DNA of 44,014 nucleotides from a virus. Lineage: Duplodnaviria; Caudoviricetes. The translations under genes and the position numbers were made by a program. The DNA is taken from positions 1 through 44,014 of IMG/VR virus record IMGVR_UViG_3300022178_003337; one strand, written 5' to 3'. Position 1 is the first letter of the stretch; each line of letters starts with the position of its first letter. Below, piece by piece: positions 37,334 through 44,014 of this stretch. Under the pieces are notes generated by a model that had not been told where the DNA came from, searched no databases, and saw only the letters and a program-made list of their open reading frames with translations.

Positions 37334-37902
37334 TATGTATTCAGAACCTCTTTCAATTCGCGATCCATTTGATCTTTATATTGCCTATCCACAATCTGGA
37401 TGTTGCGACGGTCTTCATTTCTATCAAACTCATGATCATAAACCCGAACAGGAGACCACTCTACAGCTGTAAAATTATCTGTTAAGGTTGATCCTAGAGT
37501 GTACGTCTCTTTAGATATCTTTACACCGTCGATATTCTGATAGTGTAATACGTTATCTACAGTATTAGTGGCGCGAGACCAATCCAAGACTGCTTGACCG
37601 ACAGCATCAGCGTTAGAAGCGTACTTATCCATGATGCATTTCTCTAAATTATCTTGCGTCATTGGCCAATCGTAGAACGGATCTATTATGTTGTTCGCTA
37701 GATATATCAACCAAACGTAATCAACTGAACCGTAGTATAGGTGTGAAACGTCCTCAGGCTTCTCTCCTTCCTTGATAGTATATGGAAGGAATACGTATGG
37801 GTTAGATCCTACCGTATCGTGGAACCTAACCCGCTTCGTAATGTCACGGACGACCTTGCCAGTATAAACGACTTCCGGAAAGTATCTGAAGTATTTGGAC
37901 AT
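37333..37902 (-). CDS. gp53: Baseplate wedge subunit
   Basis: YFRYFP, YTIKEGEKPE.VS..YYG...YVWLI.LAN.I.DP..DWP, E...NE..R.I. Confidence 0.92.
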   Translation of the reverse strand: MSKYFRYFPEVVYTGKVVRDITKRVRFHDTVGSNPYVFLPYTIKEGEKPEDVSHLYYGSVDYVWLIYLANNIIDPFYDWPMTQDNLEKCIMDKYASNADAVGQAVLDWSRATNTVDNVLHYQNIDGVKISKETYTLGSTLTDNFTAVEWSPVRVYDHEFDRNEDRRNIQIVDRQYKDQMDRELKEVLNT

Positions 37903-38741
37903 TAGTAATCCTCTCTTGTATGGATACTTGCTTCCGTCAACGACATGTCAAGTTGAATTACAGCAGGACGGCCTCCTTTATTCAAAGCAACTCCTTGAGG
38001 GGCGTAGTTTGCGGTGAATGTGTTGATCATAGCGGGCTTAAAATAGTAAAAGTATGATTGATTAACCCCAACGAAATAAACTTCTACTAAATCTGGGTAA
38101 TCGAGTAGGGCTCTTGAAGCAACTGTTCCACTAGATCCACGCCGCATATTGGTGTAAGATGGGGCCATCCGTCTTTTAATTTCAGTAATGATATCTCGAA
38201 TCCTACGTGCCTCATCTTCATTCTTTGGAGAAAGACTCCAGTTAAACGAATGTGATTTCAATCCAACTCCATCGAATGTTAGAGCGACGTGAGGGTTGAC
38301 TGCAATTCCTGTTCCAATATCGATAGCTTCGTTTAGGCCACCAACCGGGAGTGAATCGAAAGCATTCCTACCAACGAACGCACCTGCAGTCTTTAGTGTT
38401 GATAGGAATCCACCAATATCAGCAGTATTTACATTAAGATCTTGGATCATTCCTTTGAGGCTAGATGTTCCTGATCCAATAACATCAGCGGCAAAGGCTC
38501 CAGACGATCCGAGTTCTTGTTCTCCCACCTTTACTGTGTATGTGTCTTGTAGGTTCGATGGGAGAGGCAACACTATAGATCCACGCGTAGTGGATACGGG
38601 TTGTGTCATCCCTCTAGTTCCATTGTAACTGTATCCCTTAAAAACGAAAACAATATTGTGGACCATAGGGTTCGATGGATAGCTCAAGTCTGTGATGGAA
38701 AATTGATTCCGTGAGACTGCTATATCTCTTTCTACTGTCAT
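37902..38741 (-). CDS. gp48: Baseplate tail-tube cap
   Basis: I.LPLP..L.D, G.AVNP....F.GV..KSHSF.W.LSPKN..EA, L.YP, LTE..I.TR. Start moved to ATG 38741 (AGGGA SD, downstream of the late promoter). Confidence 0.85.
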   Translation of the reverse strand: MTVERDIAVSRNQFSITDLSYPSNPMVHNIVFVFKGYSYNGTRGMTQPVSTTRGSIVLPLPSNLQDTYTVKVGEQELGSSGAFAADVIGSGTSSLKGMIQDLNVNTADIGGFLSTLKTAGAFVGRNAFDSLPVGGLNEAIDIGTGIAVNPHVALTFDGVGLKSHSFNWSLSPKNEDEARRIRDIITEIKRRMAPSYTNMRRGSSGTVASRALLDYPDLVEVYFVGVNQSYFYYFKPAMINTFTANYAPQGVALNKGGRPAVIQLDMSLTEASIHTREDY

Positions 38742-38752
38742 TTGGGTTTCCC

Positions 38753-38760
38753 TATAAATA
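38753..38760 (+). promoter_or_regulatory. T4 late promoter TATAAATA (gp4 operon)
   Basis: Exact consensus in the divergent intergenic region. Confidence 0.85.
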
Positions 38761-38770
38761 CCATTGAGGT

Positions 38771-38778
38771 TATTTATA
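38771..38778 (-). promoter_or_regulatory. T4 late promoter TATAAATA (gp48 operon)
   Basis: Exact consensus on the - strand in the divergent intergenic region. Confidence 0.85.
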
Positions 38779-38818
38779 TACGACAGCAGTATGTCGACGA
38801 CATGGGACGAGAGCAATC

Positions 38819-39283
38819 ATGGCTAAGAAGTATTATCAGGGGCGATATCGGCCTCAGAATCCTGAGAAGTATAAGGGCGACGTTAGTAACATACAATATC
38901 GGTCTGGATGGGAATTGAGGCTCTGCTCATACCTCGACAAACATCCAAAGGTTCTTGAGTGGTCGAGTGAAGAAGTTGTCTTACCGTATGTCAGCCCAAT
39001 CGATAATAGGATACATAGATACTTTCCTGATTTCTTAGTAAAACAACTCAACAAAGAAGGCAACATTGAGACTATTCTTATAGAAGTCAAACCATATGCG
39101 CAAACTAGGCCACCTGACCCAGCGAAAGGTAAAACCCCTTCGGGAAGACCTAGCCGGAGATTTCTAAATGAAGTCAAGACGTGGGGTGTGAACGAGGCTA
39201 AGTGGAAGGCTGCTGAGGAGTTCTGCAGGGATAGAAAGTGGAAATTTCAGAAGCTTACAGAACACGATCTAGGGATCAAATAA
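38819..39283 (+). CDS. gp4: Head completion protein (TnsA-like nuclease fold)
   Basis: G.Y.PQNPEKYKGD..I.YRSGWE, WSSEE...PY.SP.D...HRYFPDF, IEVKP..QT..P, VNEAKW.AA. Confidence 0.95.
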   Translation: MAKKYYQGRYRPQNPEKYKGDVSNIQYRSGWELRLCSYLDKHPKVLEWSSEEVVLPYVSPIDNRIHRYFPDFLVKQLNKEGNIETILIEVKPYAQTRPPDPAKGKTPSGRPSRRFLNEVKTWGVNEAKWKAAEEFCRDRKWKFQKLTEHDLGIK

Positions 39284-39286
39284 ATA
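39279..39286 (+). promoter_or_regulatory. Late promoter variant AATAAATA (gp2)
   Basis: Overlaps the gp4 stop codon, 34 nt upstream of the gp2 GTG. Confidence 0.6.
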
Positions 39287-39320
39287 AGACGTACCAGATA
39301 TACCAAGGAAGATACATTTA

Positions 39321-39920
39321 GTGGCAACAACGTTTGAATTCATTCTGAAGAATGCCCAGCAGAAGGGGGTTGCAGGTCGCCGTTCCGTGGAATCAATTGA
39401 TTGGTATCGGAAGATGATTCGGAAAAATACTAAGAATATCTCTTCCACAAGATTGATGCGTGAAGAGGGTGATAATCTTGTCAACTCGTGGACAAACACA
39501 GGACCAGGACGATTATACTTTGTTCACTATGACCCAAAGCATAAGAAAACCCTACCATACTACGACACGTTCCCTCTAATCATTCCTCTCGAACGTTATA
39601 AAGATGGAATTCTAGGACTGAACTTGCACTACCTTCCACCGATCCTTCGAGCCAAACTATTAGATGCTCTATACGAAACTATGAGCAACGATAAGTTTGA
39701 TGAGAATACAAAGATGAAGATTAATTATGGGATCGTTAAGAGTATAGCTAAGCACAGTTATTTTAAGCCATGTATTAAACGATACCTCGGTAATCACTTC
39801 AGATCAAGGTTTATCAAAGTCCCTGCTGACAACTGGACTGCAGCGGTGTTTCTACCAGTTGAGTCTTTCGAGAAGCAATCAAAAGGAAAAGTCTGGTCGG
39901 ATTCAAGGAAAATGAAATAA
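39321..39920 (+). CDS. gp2: DNA end protector protein
   Basis: G.LY...YDPKHK.TLPYYD.FPL, GLNLHYL, KPCIKRYL, LPVESF, VW.DS; GTG start. Confidence 0.95.
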   Translation: MATTFEFILKNAQQKGVAGRRSVESIDWYRKMIRKNTKNISSTRLMREEGDNLVNSWTNTGPGRLYFVHYDPKHKKTLPYYDTFPLIIPLERYKDGILGLNLHYLPPILRAKLLDALYETMSNDKFDENTKMKINYGIVKSIAKHSYFKPCIKRYLGNHFRSRFIKVPADNWTAAVFLPVESFEKQSKGKVWSDSRKMK

Positions 39921-40675
39921 TGGCGTTCAATCTATCAGAATTTACTTCTCAAATCAACAGGCATGGTGTTGCTAAGAGCAACTTATTTGTCATGCGTATA
40001 ACCTTGCCCGCTAGGATAAACTTTCTCAACGAAGAGATTGCAACTCGCGATCTCACATTCTTGTGTCGGACTGTTGATATCCCATCATTCAGCCTCGAAA
40101 CCACACCAATAAAGACACGAGGTTTCGGTCCTGCTGAAACGCGTCCTACTGGACTGGAGTACACACAACTCAACACCATATTCATGGTTGATAGCAACTT
40201 TGCTGTGAAAAAGTTCTTCCACAGATGGATGCAAGAAATAGTCCATTACGACGTGGAACAAGGATATACCAATGAGCTCCCTAACGGGCTACTACCGTAT
40301 GAGTTTGGATACAAAGACGATTACGCAGCAACCATTGAAGTTATTGCATATTCAGGAAACAGTGATGAGTCGTTCTACACATACAAGTTCAGTGGAGCAT
40401 TCCCAACTACAATAGGCAATACGCAGGTAGCTTGGGAAAACACTGCGGAAATCATGACTATGCCTATAACATTCGCGTACGATGAATTTAAAGTGGATGG
40501 CACTATCCAGGGAACATCCACGAGTCTTTCAAACAGGGGAAATGGTGTCTTAACATATCTATCAGCTCTAAATACGTATGGACAAGCCATCAGTGGCTTG
40601 AGTTTACCCACAAACATTCAAGACGCCGTTAACCTATACACAGACGTAAATACTATAATTGGATCCTTAAAATGA
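39920..40675 (+). CDS. Baseplate tail-tube initiator (gp54-like, gp19 tube fold)
   Basis: G.AKSNLF, LC..V.IP, F..W, Y.DDY...I, AFPT.IG.....W.......P.TF.Y; position after gp2. Confidence 0.75.
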   Translation: MAFNLSEFTSQINRHGVAKSNLFVMRITLPARINFLNEEIATRDLTFLCRTVDIPSFSLETTPIKTRGFGPAETRPTGLEYTQLNTIFMVDSNFAVKKFFHRWMQEIVHYDVEQGYTNELPNGLLPYEFGYKDDYAATIEVIAYSGNSDESFYTYKFSGAFPTTIGNTQVAWENTAEIMTMPITFAYDEFKVDGTIQGTSTSLSNRGNGVLTYLSALNTYGQAISGLSLPTNIQDAVNLYTDVNTIIGSLK

Positions 40676-40935
40676 TTGAGCCATTTAACAATGACATTGA
40701 TGGTGACGGCGTCATCGAGCAGGATGAGGTAGACATCGTTAAGAAGCGGGTTGCTACACATCGTACCATGGCTATCTTTGCGATGATCGCTCTTGTTGGG
40801 TCAGGGGGATACATAGTCGCGTTTGCTGACCCTTCACAAATTGAGGCGTACGGATCAGCGCTCGATCTATTCTGGATCACGCTTGGTGGCATAATAGCCA
40901 CATACATGGGAGCAGAAATTTGGGCTTCCAAATAA
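40672..40935 (+). CDS. Small two-TM membrane protein with EF-hand-like loop (holin candidate)
   Basis: DIDGDGVIEQDE, basic stretch KKR..HR, then hydrophobic segments MAIFAMIALVGSGGYIVAFA and LFWITLGGIIATYMGA; ATGA overlap with the upstream gene. Confidence 0.7.
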   Translation: MIEPFNNDIDGDGVIEQDEVDIVKKRVATHRTMAIFAMIALVGSGGYIVAFADPSQIEAYGSALDLFWITLGGIIATYMGAEIWASK

Positions 40936-40952
40936 TTATATCATAGGAGTAT

Positions 40953-41675
40953 ATGATGCCACTACCACGGATAGACCAACCGTTATTTAATATCACCATC
41001 CCATCTACAGATGAGGTAGTGACGTACCGCCCATTCACCGTCAAAGAGGAGAAGATCCTCTTAATAGCCCAGGAATCAAAGGACATTGATCATATTATTT
41101 TAGCTATTAAGCAGATCGTGGGGAACTGTCTTCAAGAGTACAATATTGACAAGCTAGCAATGTTTGATATTGAATACATCCTTCTCAACATGCGCGCTAA
41201 GTCGGTTGATAACCACGTAACATTCAACATCACTGATCCAGACACTGACGAGACTATCGAGCTGACAGTCGACATTAATGAGATTGGCGTTAAGAAGGAC
41301 CCCGATCACAGTAAGATCATTGATGTTAGCGATTCAATTAAGCTCAAGATGGGGTATCCTTCAATCGAATCAGTTAAGGATATTGTATCAGGATATGATA
41401 CAGCTAAAAGCGATCACGAGCGATCTGGATCCTTGATCGATATTATGACTGATTGCATTGAGACTATTGTAGACGGGGAGCAAGTGTATAAGCTTCAAGA
41501 CTTCTCCAAACCTGAGGTTGATGCATTTGTTGACTCATTAGATGCTACCGTCCTCAATAAAATTCGCAAGTTCTTCGACACGATGCCAGTGATGAGATTT
41601 GAAAAAGAGTACACAACTAAGGACGGTAAGGAAAAAACCTTTGTAGCCGAGGGTACAGAGACTTTTTTTATCTAA
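40953..41675 (+). CDS. gp26: Baseplate hub assembly protein
   Basis: MPLPRI..P......PST...YRPFTVKEEKILL.A.E, FDIEYI.L..RAKSV, M.YP, I.KFF.TMP; AGGAG SD; ends ..GTETFFI. Confidence 0.92.
   Translation: MMPLPRIDQPLFNITIPSTDEVVTYRPFTVKEEKILLIAQESKDIDHIILAIKQIVGNCLQEYNIDKLAMFDIEYILLNMRAKSVDNHVTFNITDPDTDETIELTVDINEIGVKKDPDHSKIIDVSDSIKLKMGYPSIESVKDIVSGYDTAKSDHERSGSLIDIMTDCIETIVDGEQVYKLQDFSKPEVDAFVDSLDATVLNKIRKFFDTMPVMRFEKEYTTKDGKEKTFVAEGTETFFI
41663..41669 (+). promoter_or_regulatory. Putative -1 ribosomal frameshift slippery site (T TTT TTT)
   Basis: Heptamer lies one sense codon before the gp26 stop; the -1 frame is open into the gp51-like ORF. Confidence 0.65.
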
Positions 41676-41677
41676 CG

Positions 41678-41836
41678 TTGTGCCACACTAGACTATCAAT
41701 ATATTATAAAACCATCTTTGCGCTGGCACAACACCATAAATATCAGATAAGCGAGATCGAAAATCTACTTCCATACGAGAGGGACATCTACTTCAGTATG
41801 TTAGTCGATTTCATGGAATCACTCAAGGATAAGTAA
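41678..41836 (+). CDS. gp51: Short baseplate hub assembly catalyst (gp51-like, 52 aa), probably made as a gp26 frameshift extension; not in ORF track
   Basis: LCHTRLSIYYKTIFALAQHHKYQISEIENLLPYERDIYFSMLVDFMESLKDK has the YY.T.FAL.QHHKY...EIEN..P.ERDIY motif; only a TTG start with no nearby SD; TAATG overlap with the next gene. Confidence 0.85.
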   Translation: MCHTRLSIYYKTIFALAQHHKYQISEIENLLPYERDIYFSMLVDFMESLKDK

Positions 41837-43563
41837 TGGAAGACGACTTCAAAGGATTGATAGAGCGGATCAGAGCTGAAGGCTTGTTGACGAGAAATAG
41901 TGGCACGAACTCTCTTCGTGCCATTAAATCAGTTAGCTCGTCTATTGAGAGAGTTGTGATGTCGCAGACTTCGATTCTCGAAGATATAGCAAAAAGTGTT
42001 CTATCAATTGACACGAGTCAAACGGAGTTGGTAAAGGATAATAAACGTAAGGATAGACTTGGTGACGCCCCCGATACAGACGATCGCCCAGAAAAGGTCT
42101 CTGACAAAACTGACAAGGTCGTAATACCCTCTATTGATGGTGATACTGATAAAATCAGTATGTTCGCTAGTATCTTTGGGTCGATTGGCACCGCGTCTGG
42201 TTCATTGATAGCACCATTAAAATCAGTACTAAGGATTGTCGGCAAAGGTGGTGGCCTACTCACCGTGGCTTACCTTCTGTATAGTACATTCCATGATATT
42301 GGCGAAAACCCTGAGTTTACTAAAGCGATTGAAAACATCCGATCAACATGGAATAATAAGGTGATGCCGACCTTACGTAGATTAGGCGACTTTTTCGCGA
42401 ACCTGTTTGGAGCTGATTCTGATTCGACAATGGCCTATCTTTTGAAAATACCTGGCAACTTCAAAGATAGTATGCAGAAATTTGTCTCAGATACAATAAA
42501 CAATATCTCAGCGACATTTGGCGAGGTGTCGGATGGCGTTAATCTGCTACTCGACGGTGAGATTGGAGCGGGTTTAGCTACAATCGTTAAAGGTCTTTTC
42601 ACTGGTATAGTCGCACTAGCTGACGACTCCCTTACCGCAGTACTTACCACATTCGGAGTCGACTTTGGTCCCGACGGATCACTGTTCAAGACTTTAGGTC
42701 AAGAAGTAACGGACCTCTTAACGTCAATCTCCGATATATGGAAGGGAGTAACCCTCTACGTTGCACAGAAATGGACCAATATAACAGCAAAGATCAAATC
42801 TCTGTTTGGCACAATATCAGATCCTATCATAAAAGGTGCTAAAGATGCGTGGAAGGTTATAACTGACTTATTCACGTTTGGAGAGGAAGATAAGTCGGCT
42901 ATAGGGGTCCTTGGCAAATTTCAGGACATTGTATTTGCTCCTGTCAACACTGCAATAGGATTCGTTAGAGGACTGTTCGGGTTCTCTGAGCCAACTGACG
43001 AACCATTCAAATTGCAAGATATCGTCAGCGATGCTATGGGCTCTGCTATCTCATGGGTTAAAAAAGCGTTCGCCGGGGTTAGTAGCATCATCCAAACTAA
43101 GTTCGCTGAATTCGGTGCATTCTTAGCAGGAATTCCTGCCAAAGTATGGATCGAAGCAGAGCGAATGTTCATCGACCTAAGTGCTAAGCTCAGATCGGGA
43201 TTTATCATGCTTGGTGATTGGTTGGGTAGCATTCCTGCTCAGATCAAACTGTTAGCGCTCGAGACAATTCGGGGGGTTAGGGGTGGTGGTCTGCTCGTTG
43301 GAGAAGACGACGTTGCTGAAGCGAGAGAAGCTGTGCAAGCTCGTGGTGCAAATCTTTCTGGCCGTCTGGCTGAAATTGAAAGCGATCGTCTGAAAAAGAT
43401 ATCCAAGTTAGAGGAACGTGCTGCTGAAACCACAGTTAGCGCTCAGTCGATCGCAAATGCTATTAACAATAGTACCGACTCGAGATCTTACTCCACAACA
43501 ACTAATAACTTCATGCAGACGATATCACCTGATCGATCTATTGATCCAGCTAAACCATTTTAA
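41836..43563 (+). CDS. Putative tape measure protein (gp29-like)
   Basis: 575 aa, helical and amphipathic with periodic W/F (IW....W..I...I..LF); follows gp26-gp51; size close to T4 gp29. Confidence 0.65.
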   Translation: MEDDFKGLIERIRAEGLLTRNSGTNSLRAIKSVSSSIERVVMSQTSILEDIAKSVLSIDTSQTELVKDNKRKDRLGDAPDTDDRPEKVSDKTDKVVIPSIDGDTDKISMFASIFGSIGTASGSLIAPLKSVLRIVGKGGGLLTVAYLLYSTFHDIGENPEFTKAIENIRSTWNNKVMPTLRRLGDFFANLFGADSDSTMAYLLKIPGNFKDSMQKFVSDTINNISATFGEVSDGVNLLLDGEIGAGLATIVKGLFTGIVALADDSLTAVLTTFGVDFGPDGSLFKTLGQEVTDLLTSISDIWKGVTLYVAQKWTNITAKIKSLFGTISDPIIKGAKDAWKVITDLFTFGEEDKSAIGVLGKFQDIVFAPVNTAIGFVRGLFGFSEPTDEPFKLQDIVSDAMGSAISWVKKAFAGVSSIIQTKFAEFGAFLAGIPAKVWIEAERMFIDLSAKLRSGFIMLGDWLGSIPAQIKLLALETIRGVRGGGLLVGEDDVAEAREAVQARGANLSGRLAEIESDRLKKISKLEERAAETTVSAQSIANAINNSTDSRSYSTTTNNFMQTISPDRSIDPAKPF

Positions 43564-43592
43564 AAAAGGGCGCCAAATTGGCGCCCTTTTTT
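43562..43592. terminator. Bidirectional intrinsic terminator
   Basis: AAAAAAGGGCGCCAA-A-TTGGCGCCCTTTTTT, with a U-tract on both strands, between converging genes. Confidence 0.93.
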
Positions 43593-43594
43593 AA

Positions 43595-44014
43595 TTATTC
43601 ATCGTCTGCGAGAGCTTTGAAGAAGTCCATGCTATCATCATCTTCAGCTAAGCCTGGAGATGATAATTCCTCACCCTTAGGATCAGCCCGCTCCTTAAAT
43701 TTCGGGCTGAAGTTCATTTCGGACGCATCATCATCCTCTGCTTTAGACTGAGGTGCAGCATTGCCGTCAAGAGCAAGTACCTTGTATAACTTCGCCTTTA
43801 GCTCATTATAACTCTTGAAGTTCTTCGGATCCACAACTTCTTGGAGGGAGTGCTGAGACTTCCACAACACCTCCATATCATCATCAGTCATCTCGTTGCC
43901 TGAGGGATCAGACATTGGAGCAGGGCCATCAAATGACGAAGGCTCGTAAGTGCGATATCCACCATCACCTTTACGTGCCTTCAGTTTGAAGTTAGCACCT
44001 TCCCAAAGGTCGAA
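43595..44014 (-). CDS. gp32: Single-stranded DNA-binding protein, C-terminal part (5' end outside the window)
   Basis: Frame is open to the window edge: FDLWEGANFKLK..GY.TY..S.F, FKSYNELK.KL, acidic tail DDDSMDFFKALADDE. Confidence 0.93.
   Translation of the reverse strand, partial: FDLWEGANFKLKARKGDGGYRTYEPSSFDGPAPMSDPSGNEMTDDDMEVLWKSQHSLQEVVDPKNFKSYNELKAKLYKVLALDGNAAPQSKAEDDDASEMNFSPKFKERADPKGEELSSPGLAEDDDSMDFFKALADDE

Noticed and set aside
11676-38816. ORF-track start positions for the esterase (11729), S74 fibre (16446), gp25 (31891), antisense gene (31828) and gp48 (38816)
   Set aside because: These extensions overlap neighbouring genes or promoters, or lack support; the downstream ATGs fit conserved N-termini, SD sites or translational coupling better.
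38819-39283. TnsA-like transposase or mobile element
   Set aside because: The motifs and position next to gp2 identify the core gp4 head completion protein; no transposon ends or partner genes are seen.
1-44014. CRISPR arrays, tRNA/rRNA genes, group I introns, alternative genetic code
   Set aside because: Intergenic gaps are all under about 80 nt, no repeat-spacer or cloverleaf pattern was seen by eye, and conserved genes read full length in the standard code. A covariance-model scan was not run.

Overview
This 44-kb window is the late (virion morphogenesis) region of a T4-like myovirus, with a gene order resembling cyanophage-like and phiM12-like T4 superfamily members. The host cannot be read from the sequence. 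The minus-strand block, in transcription order, is gp48, gp53, gp27-like hub, a split gp5 (OB-fold plus SleB-type hydrolase, and a separate beta-helix), an M15 peptidase protein, gp25, gp6, gp7, gp8, a VrlC/DUF4815 protein, a fibre/adaptor cluster, a type-B carboxylesterase, gp13, gp14, gp15, gp16, gp17 and gp18. The plus-strand block is gp4, gp2, gp54-like, a small membrane protein, gp26, gp51-like and a putative tape measure, followed by the 3' part of gp32 on the minus strand. NATAAATA late promoters and two hairpin terminators between converging genes are visible. Most notable observations: (1) The large terminase needs two splicing events, a class 3 (WCT) cis intein in Walker A and an atypically split trans intein whose ~30-aa N-half is fused to a nuclease-less DNA-binding remnant. 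(2) A probable -1 programmed frameshift joins gp26 to gp51 directly before the tape measure, as in lambda G/GT. (3) An apparently intact type-B carboxylesterase is translationally coupled to the main tail fibre. (4) A free-standing multi-HTH/Vsr-like nuclease has a Mom/GNAT-like C-terminal domain. (5) Fibre genes share terminal motifs and one is preceded by TATATA-centred palindromes. All family assignments come from motif recognition by eye; no searches were run.
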